A stretch of 64,000 bases of DNA from Oopsacas minuta (Eukaryota > Animalia > Porifera). Positions 12,186 through 23,493 of this stretch are shown one piece after another. Position 1 is the stretch's first letter, and each line of letters starts with the position of its first letter. The notes under the pieces were generated by a model, which saw only the letters and a program-made list of their open reading frames with translations, was not told the DNA's origin and ran no database searches. The DNA lies in NCBI GenBank assembly GCA_024704765.1, contig JAKMXF010000066.1, forward strand, positions 372,001 to 436,000, given 5' to 3'. Made by a program: the position numbers and the translations under genes.

Positions 12186-13139
12186 TTATGATGTATCGGC
12201 TAATTTAACTGCCATTACACACCAATTCTCATGATCATAATAACTATCTATAACTCTAACTTCGCTTACAAATTTATCAACTAATTCTCTCAATTCATTC
12301 TCCCTGAATACGTGATAATATCTCATAAATGTGTCGAATGAATCTCTTGTGTTTTCAAGTTGAGTTTGCTCCTTTTCTAACACCACGTTTTCTATTTCTT
12401 CAACTTTTTCCAATTCATTGATTATCTCTAGATCTTCTTTACAATTTGTTATTGAAATATTCTCTATTTCAAATGTAAAGTTATCTTCTCCAAACAAATT
12501 ATCTAAATTTGCTTCATAAACTATATCACCAGTTTTTACAACTTTGTTTTTCAGTTTCTTTTTGCGATATTTCTTCTTCTTAATCTTGTTTCCCTCTGTA
12601 GTCTCTGTGCTGGCCTTCTTCATACGCCATGGTACCAATACATCTTGTGTAGCAAACGTTCTCTTATCTTGTTCCATAGCCCATACATACACAAGCATAC
12701 GTCCTCCTGGTATTAATACTCTAGCCATTTCCTTCAGAGCTTCTACTCGTCTCTCCTCGCTACTAAGGTGGTGTATCACTGCTATAGATATTACAGCATC
12801 AAATGTATTACTGCTAAAAGGTAGATTGGTTGTATCTGCTTGGATTAGAAATGGACTGCTAGATTTCGCGAGTGTGAGCAAATTCACACATGTATCACAA
12901 CCTATCGTGATCCCGGTAGAATTAATATGCAGATACTTCCCATTGCCACAGCCTAGATCAGCTACGAGAGAATTGTGAGGTAAAGATTGTATGAAACTCT
13001 CTACCCTAGGCCATGGCTTGTAGCGTGTCATACTGAAGTGTGGAGCTATTGAATCGTATACTGACGTCACGTGTTCTGATTCAAGTTTGTTGGAATTAGC
13101 TATGTCTATTGATGTTATACTTGGCTTACAAAATGCCAT
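12186..13139 (-). CDS. TRMT9B: Trm9-family SAM-dependent tRNA methyltransferase (TRMT9B-like; resembles the ALKBH8 MTase domain without AlkB/RRM)
   Basis: LESEHVTSVYDSIAPHFS..RYKPWP, DLGCGNGKY, IAVIHHLS, YVWAMEQ, RYYHVF...EL and YYDHENWCV motifs. Confidence 0.8.
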   Translation of the reverse strand: MAFCKPSITSIDIANSNKLESEHVTSVYDSIAPHFSMTRYKPWPRVESFIQSLPHNSLVADLGCGNGKYLHINSTGITIGCDTCVNLLTLAKSSSPFLIQADTTNLPFSSNTFDAVISIAVIHHLSSEERRVEALKEMARVLIPGGRMLVYVWAMEQDKRTFATQDVLVPWRMKKASTETTEGNKIKKKKYRKKKLKNKVVKTGDIVYEANLDNLFGEDNFTFEIENISITNCKEDLEIINELEKVEEIENVVLEKEQTQLENTRDSFDTFMRYYHVFRENELRELVDKFVSEVRVIDSYYDHENWCVMAVKLADTS

Positions 13140-13506
13140 CCTATAGGAATCTGCTATACGTATAAGTTGATACTATCCGAGCGCGATATTTTGTGTCTGA
13201 AGAATTGAAGAATCCGGAGATTGGTGTTGGTGCCTTTCCCAAATAATAGCCTAAAATTGTCATTTTATTATGGGTGTACTACCTACTTGGAAATACAGGG
13301 AATTTTTCAAAAACCCGGGATATAGCAATATCCCGGCAAAATATCGTTAATATGTAATCTTTCAGTTACAAAAAGCAAAAACTATTCTATTATTTTGCTA
13401 AATTCAATATTTCTACTTGTAAATAATAATTTGATTGTTGCGATTGATTTTCAATTATAAATTATATTCCCTTCGATACTTCTATTATAATTGAACATTT
13501 GTAAGT

Positions 13507-14474
13507 ATGGTTACTGTAGATCCAGCTGAAGTCTCAACAGATCCGAATAATGCGTATTTCGATAAAGCTACTCTTAAGAAACTTCCATTTGGGAGTCCTG
13601 ATTGGGATGAGAAGGTACAGGAGCAGATAGCAGCTAAGAAGGGGAGTAATACTTTATACGTAGGGAACCTGTCCTTTCAGACTACAGAGGAACAGATATT
13701 TGAGCTGTTCTCTCTAGCTGGAGAAGTCAAATTGGTAACAATTACATGTTTATTCGAAATAATAATTATTTGCACTTTATCTTCACGAAAACAACAAATA
13801 ATACTCATAAAAACCACATAATTTTTGCGAATTCCAAATTCTTCATTCGCGATATTTTTTCAAAATCGTACAGACGTACCAGTTAGAGTAATGTAGAGTA
13901 ATATCAATGATTGAATTATGTAAATCTTCTAGGTAATAATGGGATTAGACAGAGAACATTACACCCCCTGTGGTTTCTGTTTCGTAGAGTACTTCAGACG
14001 AGAAGATGCTGAGAGTTGTATGAGATTCCTGAATGGAACTAAACTAGATGAGAGAGTTATCCGGACTGACTGGGATGCTGGATTTATTGAGGGGAGACAG
14101 TTTGGTAGAGGAAAAAGTGGAGGACAGGTAGACAGCTGTAATTAACATATAGTAAACTCTCGTTATAGCGATCTGCTCGAGATTAACAGGAGTTTACTGT
14201 ATTTATACACTCGTGTTTGATTCATAGAAAATATATTCTTGTTATTCAGGTGAGAGACGAATACCGTAGAGATTATGACCCTGATAGGGGTGGATTTGGT
14301 CGTAAGGTAGAGGAAGCACAATTTGCTATGTATGAGATGATCTCTTCCGGAGTTGGTAGACCGGAAATGCTTCCTCCCGTACTTCCTACAACAGGAATAC
14401 CTGCTGGAGTTACAGAGAAGAAAGAGACAGAGACTATATCCCCTACTCCTGATGTTAAAATGGAAACTAATTAA
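13507..14474 (+). CDS. NCBP2: Nuclear cap-binding protein subunit 2 (CBP20), join(13507..13734,13933..14127,14250..14474)
   Basis: [24 protein letters not shown]...[42 protein letters not shown]; three phase-0 GT-AG joins. Confidence 0.95.
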
Positions 14475-14588
14475 TTCATTTATTGTAGCATTTTCAATGA
14501 ATTAAATTTTGCTTTATATTACATGCTTCTTATTAGGGAATTCGTTAGAGTGAGATTCGTAATCTATCAAGTAGATTGATCAAATATA

Positions 14589-14725
14589 CAGTCAAAACTC
14601 TCGTTATATCGAACACGGATATATTGAAATACCCGCTTATATTGAAGTCTTAAATTGTACCAATATGGTACCTAATTAGCAGACAAAGTAATATAGATTC
14701 CATGGTTTATATCGGGAGTTAACTG
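14589..14725. mobile_element. MITE, Tc1/mariner-pogo/Tigger-like
   Basis: Imperfect TIRs (CAGTCAAAACTCTCGTTATATCG / TTATATCGGGAGTTAACTG) flanked by TA. Related copies near 37995-38095, 52279-52424 and 55262-55431. Confidence 0.65.
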
Positions 14726-14757
14726 TATTCCATTTTGCTCATTATAAGCTCTATAGA

Positions 14758-17700
14758 ATGAACGAGCCACATGTGATATGTATGGTCTCCGATTTCTTCT
14801 ATCCCAATATGGGTGGAGTAGAGAATCACATATTTCAAGTAAGTGAGTGTCTTATGTCGAGAGGTCATAAAGTTATTGTTGTTACTCATGCTTATGGAGA
14901 TAGAACAGGAGTTAGATATCTCTCAGAATTCCTCAAGGTTTATTATCTACCTCTATATCCTCCCTTCTATAATCAGGTGAGATTATTATACAAACTGTAG
15001 CGGGTAGATATTGTGTATTTAAACCATATGGACACCAGGGAAAATTGTTGCCCTGATTAATACAGTAGAAATCGGATAAGACGTTACCTCTTCGGGAAAC
15101 GAAAATTGGTACACGTATTAGTGTACGTCTTATCCGAAAGAGATTGCATTAAAAAGAATGGGCACTAAATTTTGCTTGTAAAGAAGTAGTACATATGTAT
15201 TACCGAGTGTTGTCTCCGAGATAATTATAGTGTATATGAAGTTGAAATGTTCTGCTATGTTTCTCGACGAAAATACTCACGTAATAGCAAGATAGATCAA
15301 TTCTCTGTTATGCAAAATGATAGTATAATAGTGTTATCATTAATGTAATATACTGAATGAATCTATTTCTTTTCTTTATCGTGTAATACAGGTATTTTTT
15401 CATCCCTGTGCTTTGATAGCCATTTGAGTTGATCTATTAGATATTCACTCTGTTTTTCTTGTCTCTTCCTATCATCTTCATCCAGAATAGAAACGAAATC
15501 CTTCGTAATATGTAGTCTGTAAGAGTGATACAGTGCTACTCCTACTGTTGTAAAGGTAACGAAATATATTCCAAATAGATGAAGCTTTTCTACACGTCTG
15601 CTGATCTGAGTTAGTCCTACCTTAACCCTCATCTATCGAGCTATCTAATACGAAACGGTTTAAGATTTTAAATGTTAGAATATAATAGGTATAGAAGAAC
15701 TCAGTTAAGATGTATTACTTCTCATCTCAAATATTTAGTTCCTATTCATTTAATACAATCTCTATTTGGATAAGACACTCTGATTTTACGTAGTAATTAT
15801 GTTTTCCGAGGAGGTACGTCTTGTACGAGTTATACTGTATCTATACTGGAAATTTTCAGAGTTCATATCATATATCCAATTCTAACATTAAATTAGAAAA
15901 TTCGCTATTATTGCTATAAAAACCAACTAAAATGTGTTCTCCTTCATATTTTCACCAAATTTCCTCTTAGGTAATATTCCCTAGTGTAATTGGTCTTATC
16001 CCAATTCTTCGTGATATATTCATCAGAGAACAGATTGAGATTGTACATTGTCACAGTGCATTCTCTACACTTGGTCTAGAAGCTGTGAGTATAGCTATAT
16101 GCTTTGGACTCAAATGTATATTCACAGACCATTCATTATTCGGTTTTGCAGATGCTAGTGCTATTCTAATGAATAAAGTATTGGAGTTAGCTATGGTTAA
16201 TGTATCTCATGCAATATGTGTTTCTTATGTAAGTAAGCAGAATACTTATCTCAGAACTAAGATGCAACCTGAGAGGATATACGTTATTCCTAATGCAGTG
16301 GATACTAAGGTTAGATACCCATGGTCTAGCTAGCCTAATTATTTAGAATTAAATGCAATACGTATTATTACCGAATAATTTCAAAATTATTAATTACAAA
16401 CTTCTATAGGCATTTTTACCAGATCCTTCCGCTAGAGATCCTAACTACATCACTATATCTATTATGAGCAGATTAGTGTATAGGAAGGGAATGGATCTGG
16501 TAGCTGGTATTCTCCCAGAGATATGTGGAAGACATAAGGATGTTAGATTCATGATTGGAGGAGATGGACCTAAGAGGAAGCTATTAGATGAAGTGTGTGA
16601 TATGCATAATCTACATCAGCAGGTATTGTCTATGGGACAGTCTTATACGTATATATTGACATTTAGATCTGTTATATCGAACTCTGCTTATATCCAAGTA
16701 ATTATCATGGAGTTGACCGTATACATATGAGTATTAGTTAATTGAGGGAACAAATATATTGATAAACTTGTCAAAAGATAATAGTTACAAAAATAGTTTA
16801 TAAAGCAAAATATTCTTTAACTCAAAGTTTTGTTTGCATCAACTTGATAAAGTCTTCATCATTCTTCATGTACTCTATAATCGACTCACTGAATTTCTTT
16901 CTTGTACACATTTTAATTAGGTGTCGATATTGTTCTTCAGGGCTAAGAGTCTGGTTAAACCTATACAAGTTGTATTTTTCAAAATATTCGTATACTTCAT
17001 TGAGGTTCTTAGCTCTTAAGGATATTTTATGAAATACTTCGTATTCATGAGAGGGCAATATAGCGCAGAACTTTAAGCTCCCTTCTTGGACGTTAAACGT
17101 AAATACCATTCGCATCCTATTGCTAATATTTGGTAGCGTAGCAGAATAGAATCCAAAGAGAGAATGGGAGAGAGCATGAAATGCAAAAGGATCGATTCTT
17201 TCAGAACCATACTTCATCTTTTGGATATATTTTTTATCACTCACGGGAGCTTTTGATAATTCTTCTGTGAGCCTCTCTACTGTAGCTTGAGGTATGTTCA
17301 AAACAACATTTCGCGTTGATGTAGCTTGTTTCTTAATAGGTTTATATAGATAATAAAATAATGGAGGAGGCAGCAGAGAACCATTTTGTTTGTTTATTGT
17401 ATTTGCATAAAAAAGTTTGTAGAAGAAATGTGCTAATTTGGTTTGGAATGTAGTTTTATCAAGAAATTTTATCATCATAATCCGCGATCATCTACAGATA
17501 TACAAAATACATCCATGATATCAGGGTTCTATCTACTGGGGGGGGTGGGGGGAAGCTTCCTCCTCAAACACTTCAGCTTCCCCCCCAAAAATCTCATAAA
17601 ATGTACTATTAATCGCAATATATTATTCAATTGATAAATTATTAGAATATCAATTCATTGTGAAAATACTATTTGAAGTGTAAATAAATAACAAATGGGA

Positions 17701-20398
17701 AATCTTCATTATTAGGAATTAAATTAAAGGTTTGGTGTTTACTTCAAGGTTGTAATATTTTGATAATTGAGTACTAAGGATTTCAAAGCTTCCCCCCCAA
17801 ATTTAACATCCTAGATAGAACCCTGGATATGGTATCATAACATGTTAGAAATGTATTTTTACTATTTACGTAATATGTTACCCCAGTAATAATTATACAG
17901 CAGCCTACTGTGTACCCGCATGAACATGTACATGTATAGTATATATGCTTGATTATTATCAACATTTACAAAAGAGGAATACATTTTGAATACAATTTGA
18001 AACTTAGAATTAAACATTTCAAAGGATTACCTATAGGTGCTAAAACTTTCAAAGGATTACCTATAGGTGCTAAAACTTTCAAAGGATTACCTATAGGTGC
18101 TAAAACTTTATTACAAACATCTCTTAGTTTACAGTTGGGATCTGTTTCATCAAATTCTTAAATACATTATTTTGTTCGCTAATATAGTTTATGAGCTGTT
18201 GACTGTACTGAAGTTTAATACACTTTTTAAGCAAATTATTGTATTTATCTTCCACTTTCATGGACTGATTAAAACAGTTTCTATTATATCTCTCAAAGAA
18301 ATTTGATGCTTCCTCGTAGCTCTTGGCTTTTTCTAATACAATATGGAACAAGCTGTATTCATGATTTGGTAGTAGAGCAAAGTAGTTTAGCTTTCCTCCT
18401 TTGTTGTACTTGAATATCATTCTCATTCTCTTGAACGCGTCAGGAGCATTTGCTGGGGCTAGTATCCTAGCAGAATAGAATCCATAAAGATTGTGTGAGA
18501 GTGGGTGAAATTGGAAAGGTTCAATCCTTTTAAAATTAGAATCAATTGCGTTCTGTTTTTCTTCTAAATGTTGCAATTTATTCTTAATTTCTTGTAACTC
18601 AGTACTCACTGATTCATTTGTTGTATTTACAATCCTTGAAAGTATTCCTATTATTTCCTTGAAAAGATATTTCTGTATTCTGAGATCTTCCCTCAATTCC
18701 TGTGAATCTAAATGTAGCCTTTCAATTGTCTTTCCAGGGGTTAATGTAATTGCGTTATACGTCTTAATGATCTGTTCCCTATAATTACTGCTAATATAGG
18801 AGAACATTATCGGAGGAGGATCTGGTGTCGAACCATATGTTTGTCGAATGATAATTGGAGAGTTTATATTGTACAAATCATGCAGTAGCTTGGTTTGAGA
18901 TGATAGTTTCCAAAGCGAATGCAATCTGAACATTCAGAGCTAATGAAATATCTATAAACGAGGGACATGCACATGTCAGAATATTTAGTTCTGCATTTGT
19001 TAGAATGGATATTTTAGAGTTTTGCATATGTCAGACTAGTTGTTATCGAGTTCTGAATTTGTCAAAATAGTGTATATCGAGTTTATTGTGCTCCGATTCT
19101 GAAGACTTAATATTTGCATTTAGTTTCGACATTATTTAGTTGTTTATTGTTATGGATTGACAGAGTTAAATATCACCTTCCGGTAATTCTTTAAATATAG
19201 CTGTATTATAAAACACCTGGCCAGTTAACCAAATAGTCTACTGAAATGTCTGCTCTTCTCAGCTCAAGCAAAGCTAGCTAGATAATCCAATCATAATCCA
19301 ATTCTCCCGAAGTCAAAGCTCGATAAAAACCATTCTGACAAAGTCAGAACTCTAAAAACCGATTCTAACAAGTGCAGAACTAAATATTCTGACAAAATCA
19401 GAACAGTAAATTCTAACATGTACAGGTCTCCCTCTATAAACCAAGTCAAGAAGATTATTAATAAATTAATTAAAAAACTTTTCGAAGTAAACAAGCCAAA
19501 AAGCTGAATTTCTTGCTTTTTGGTGAGTCAGAGTGAACTTGATATTACGTTACGAAAATACGACAAATCTTATTCTTTTCTTCAGTTTGAATGATAGTTG
19601 TAATTTTGAACACTTTCCACTAATTTATGGAGAATTAAATGAGAATAAATACGGATAAATACGGATAAATTAAGCTAGCCTATATTATTCCTCGATAGTA
19701 TAGTGGTAAGTATCTCCGCCTGTCACGTGGAAGACCCGGGTTCGATTCCCGGTCGGGGAGCTTTTTGTTTCTTTTATATTTGCTTAATCCCAAATGCTCT
19801 TTCATTGAACCAGGGATTCATAGGATTTCATTTGCATTGCACTTTTTAGGTAACTTTTCTTGGAGGACAGAATCACGTCGATGTCCCAAAACACCTCGTC
19901 AAAGCTGACATTTTTCTCAACCCTTCATTGACTGAAGCATTCTGTGTCGCTATGTGTGAAGCCGTCAGCTGTGGACTTCAAGTTGTCAGCACAAATGTAG
20001 GCGGAATACCAGAAGTATTACCTCCAGGCATGGTTGAGTTATGTCAACCTAATGTTCAAGCTCTATGCGATGGCCTGGAGATTTGTATTCAGAATGTACG
20101 TGATAATAATATACCTGACCCATGGGAGTATCACAATAAAATGGAGGAGTTTTATAATTGGCATAATATAGCAGAGAGAACTGAAATAGTGTATGACAGT
20201 GCTAGAGATCAACCGACACGTTCTCGAGCTGAATTACTGATAACAGCCTATTCTCTTGGCCCAGTTATTGGGAAGTTGGTGGTTATTCTGTACTCTATTA
20301 GCATGGCGCTGTTATTGCTATGTAGTGTTGTCTGGCCGAAGTCTAATATCGATATTGTACCCGAGTATGGATTCCATCGAAAGAGGAAATCCAAGTGA
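14758..20398 (+). CDS. PIGA: GPI N-acetylglucosaminyltransferase subunit A, join(14758..14976,15971..16309,16410..16622,19850..20398)
   Basis: [61 protein letters not shown]...[22 protein letters not shown] and a C-terminal TM helix. All introns are GT-AG, phase 0. Confidence 0.95.
15063..15233. mobile_element. Degenerate Tigger/pogo-like MITE in PIGA intron 1
   Basis: Starts TA|CAGTAGAAATCGGATAAGACG. The first ~110 bp align by eye with the reverse complement of 15725-15839. Confidence 0.5.
15363..15632 (-). CDS. Small single-pass membrane protein, tentatively PET117-like cytochrome c oxidase assembly factor, antisense in PIGA intron 1
   Basis: ATG-started 89-aa ORF with one hydrophobic helix ([17 protein letters not shown]) and a charged helical tail. 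Pattern T.TV..V...D...KRQEKQ..L.DQ..L...R resembles PET117 from memory; the match is weak. Confidence 0.5.
   Translation of the reverse strand: MRVKVGLTQISRRVEKLHLFGIYFVTFTTVGVALYHSYRLHITKDFVSILDEDDRKRQEKQSEYLIDQLKWLSKHRDEKIPVLHDKEKK
15690..15837. mobile_element. Degenerate Tigger/pogo-like MITE, inverted relative to the 15063 copy
   Basis: Ends GTCTTGTACGAGTTATACTG|TA; decayed left TIR near 15690. Confidence 0.45.
16822..17478 (-). CDS. Intronless ORF with a RelE/YoeB-like toxin motif, antisense in PIGA intron 3; paralog of 18124..18933
   Basis: 218-aa [22 protein letters not shown]...RMRMVFTF...[12 protein letters not shown] aligns with the paralog over ~130 aa, which supports coding status. 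Confidence 0.75.
   Translation of the reverse strand: MMIKFLDKTTFQTKLAHFFYKLFYANTINKQNGSLLPPPLFYYLYKPIKKQATSTRNVVLNIPQATVERLTEELSKAPVSDKKYIQKMKYGSERIDPFAFHALSHSLFGFYSATLPNISNRMRMVFTFNVQEGSLKFCAILPSHEYEVFHKISLRAKNLNEVYEYFEKYNLYRFNQTLSPEEQYRHLIKMCTRKKFSESIIEYMKNDEDFIKLMQTKL
17547..17585. repeat. Perfect 11-bp GC-rich inverted repeat with 17-nt loop
   Basis: GGGGGGAAGCT (17547-17557) pairs with AGCTTCCCCCC (17575-17585). The motif AGCTTCCCCCCCAAA recurs near 17788. Confidence 0.7.
18017..18110. repeat. 30-bp tandem repeat, three exact copies
   Basis: TTTCAAAGGATTACCTATAGGTGCTAAAAC x3, just 3' of the stop of ORF 18124..18933. Confidence 0.95.
18124..18933 (-). CDS. Intronless ORF with a RelE/YoeB-like toxin motif, antisense in PIGA intron 3
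   Basis: 269-aa ATG ORF containing [16 protein letters not shown]...RMRMIFKY...[12 protein letters not shown]; paralog at 16822..17478. Confidence 0.78.
   Translation of the reverse strand: MFRLHSLWKLSSQTKLLHDLYNINSPIIIRQTYGSTPDPPPIMFSYISSNYREQIIKTYNAITLTPGKTIERLHLDSQELREDLRIQKYLFKEIIGILSRIVNTTNESVSTELQEIKNKLQHLEEKQNAIDSNFKRIEPFQFHPLSHNLYGFYSARILAPANAPDAFKRMRMIFKYNKGGKLNYFALLPNHEYSLFHIVLEKAKSYEEASNFFERYNRNCFNQSMKVEDKYNNLLKKCIKLQYSQQLINYISEQNNVFKNLMKQIPTVN
19689..19760 (+). tRNA. tRNA-Asp (GTC) inside PIGA intron 3
   Basis: 72 nt TCCTCGATAGTATAGTGGTAAGTATCTCCGCCTGTCACGTGGAAGACCCGGGTTCGATTCCCGGTCGGGGAG; A box, GTC anticodon loop, GGTTCGATTCC B box; close to eukaryotic tRNA-Asp. Confidence 0.95.
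19762..19766 (+). terminator. RNA polymerase III terminator (T5)
   Basis: TTTTT starts one base after the tRNA 3' end. Confidence 0.75.
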
Positions 20399-20878
20399 CA
20401 GGTATTCGTTTGACAATATATGCCATTCTCACTTGTTTCTATACTATGTGTATGTTTGTGTATAATTGAAGTGTATTGTTTATGGTATTACATACATGTA
20501 TTATATTTGAGAATATTATCTACTCACAAATTTTACACAGTTAACACTCTTCGTTTGCAAGAACAAGTAAAAATTCGCCAATATTGTGCAAAATGCTATC
20601 CTGGACTATCGACTTGGGAAGTTTCAAAAATCGTGAGGTTCGACTCGAGAAGACTCTCATGGTTTAGCATTAGTTTTCTAACCAAAACTCAAAGATTTTG
20701 TTGTAAGTGTAGACCCGAAATCATGAGAGTTAGAGTCCTGGCTCTCTAGTATAAATTAATAAGGAATATCCCTAAAATGCTGGATAGTTGTCATTTATCT
20801 ATAGCCATATACGTATTATGTAGCTAACGCAATAGCTAATAATAATAATAATAACTAAATATTACTGAACAATTTGTA

Positions 20879-23493
20879 CTATACTTCCATAGTTGCAATA
20901 TTCGGTCCATGGTCCACATACATCTTAGAACTGGTGAGGTAAGCAGAGGTTGGGTAACTATAAGCTAGAGATCTGAATCCTTGTTTTTCTAACTGGACAG
21001 CGACGAGAGTAACATTGTGCTCCTTGAAAATAGAACCCGCCTTATCCATGGTCCCTTTTTCATCTGTCTCAGTTTCAACTTGTAAGTGTATAACTCCGTA
21101 ATACTGCATTGAGTCGTGTTGCCATATCCTCGCGTTAGAGATAGAACTCACCCCTGGTATCTGTCGTATTTGAGCCATCGCATATTGTAAATTTACATTC
21201 CTCGGCGTTGTCAAGGAGAGGTATTGAAATGAATCGACGATTAGAGGTTTTACACTGAGCAAAATCAGCATAGAAATGCATAATGAACAGAGTGGATCGC
21301 TCCAATACCAACCAAAGTACTCTATCAAAAGGCTGGAAATTATAACTCCTACAGAACCCATAGTATCAGCTAACACATGGAGAAATACACCATGAAGATT
21401 TTCACTATGACAATGGTTACCATGGTGATCATGTGTGGAATGTGAGTGTGTATGTTCATGTTGATGCTCAATTTCTATAGAATGATCATGTGACTCTCCT
21501 TCATGGTGACAATGTTCATGTGTGGAATGTGAATGGTCACCATGCTGATGTGTGGAATGTGAATGATGTTTATGGTCACCATGGTGCTGTGTGGAATGTG
21601 GTTCATGGTGACTACCATGAGAATGCGAATGTCCATGTGAATGCAGAGAGAACACTCCAATGAGATTAACAATAAGACCTAAGACTGAAACCGTGAAGAG
21701 ACGGTTAGTCAATACCTGCGGGGGATCCAGCAACCTACCTATCGCCTCTAAAAATATCATACACGCGATAACAACTAAAAACACTCCATTTATAAACCCG
21801 CTTAATATCTCAATCCGATTCATACCGAATGGGTACATCCGCGTGGCATTCATTCTAGCCATTATAGATGCCCATAGGCCTATCATAAGAGCTGAGCTAT
21901 CAAATAGCATATGAAAACCATCTGAAATCAAACTCAAACTATTCGTCCAGTATCCGTATAAGAATTCAACTCCAGTGAAAGTTAAATTTATGGTTAGATA
22001 GAAAAAAATCCTCCTGGATTCGTGTGCGGATAATATTTTCCCCATATTATTCTTGAACGCTGATACCCAGCTTGTGCCACGAGTCTGTGTAGCGAGTAAC
22101 GGCAGTCCAGAACCTGAATACCTACCCCCTATTTCCTGGTGTCTGGGTGTTGGTTCGGATAGCAAATACACTCCACAGGCAATCAGTATAGCACTCATAG
22201 CCAGACCAACAGTGATGTCATGAGTTGTATCAACATTATATATCATATTTCCTATACTAAAGCCAGATCCTGTAGCGAATGCTATCATTGTACCAAAACG
22301 GACATATTTTGTTGTTTCTATGACACTATGCACAAGATGGTAACCATAGAAACAGGCTAGGTATGCGATAATAACGAATATAATAGCTGGTATTGATATA
22401 GCAGGTATTCCGTTGTATACAACATGTATTATTGATATTGGTAGTAATAACGGTAGTGAAAATATACAGCTGAGCGTCTGTAATCTTTTCACACCTCCTA
22501 TCTCGTTAGAAAGACTCTTGCTGACTCTGTTTAGAGCTGATTTATAGAAGAGAGCTAGCACCAATAGTATTATACCGGTTTTGTGATCACTTGATAGACC
22601 AATGTATGAGGAGAACTAAAATGGAAAACAAAATTTGTAATGCAGAAGGTATGGATACAATACAGAGTGAAACCTTCACAAACTGGGCCTGTGGAATTGA
22701 AACGGGGAACTTCTGAAAACAAAATGGATAGAATTCCTAGTACGAATGAAACTCCACAAAATGGGAATTTGGCAAAAAACGCGGTCGAAAGTTTCAGGGT
22801 CCCTGGTAACCCCTTTTGTGATGTTTATATACCGTATAGGTATACGGATAACGATGGATTGTCTTGCAAGTAAATATCATTCTCAAGTCTTTGATCAGAA
22901 TATCCATCAATTCAATATTAGGAACTCGTTTCAGTGACGCGATATGGTATAACAATAATAGAATATACTATACTTACCTGGTAAACCCAGTGTAGTAGAA
23001 AGCTGCTACGTGCTCCTTCAGGATGCTGGAGACCATTCCCCGTATCTTTATCAAACAATAACATAGTTATGACTCCACCAATGAAATACCAGCTGCCTTT
23101 GTTCCTTACAGAACTAACACTACCACATTGAACTAGTGTTGTAATCAGACCGAGAACAATAGGCTCATAATGGTCGTACAAGAGAATGGCACGAATAGGT
23201 CCACAGATTGCCAAGCCACCAATCCATAGAAAATCTCCTAGAATAGCCAATAGGGAGTATCTGAATACCCGAAACCATAAGCGGTAACTGAGGTGTTTGC
23301 CATGAGAGAAGGGCTTTTGAAGAGGAAGATATACGGTAGATAGGCCTATCTTTATGAGGAATATGGCGATCGGTATCGGAGTAGAGTTGAGGATGTAAGA
23401 AAGTATGAATAGAGAACTTGTATGGAGAAATTTACTGAATAAAAATCCAACCCAAATTGGAGATTCTCTTTTGAGAGTAATTCTACGTTCCAT
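20879..23493 (-). CDS. SLC30A5: Zinc transporter 5 (CDF family), complement(join(20879..22615,22978..23493))
   Basis: N-terminal TM extension (LWIGGLAICGPIRAILLYDHYE, SSDHKTGIILLVLAL); CDF core (SLSLISDGFHMLFD, His-rich loop, NLHGVFLHVLADTMGSVGV); phase-0 GT-AG intron. Confidence 0.92.

Noticed and set aside
15060-15840. Inverted ~110-bp repeats flanking the 89-aa ORF, suggesting a Pack-type element that captured a gene
   Set aside because: Each side appears to have its own decayed second TIR (near 15230 and 15690), so two independent MITEs in opposite orientation is the simpler explanation.
18017-18110. 30-bp repeats as a CRISPR-like array
   Set aside because: The repeats are directly adjacent with no spacers, in a eukaryotic intron.
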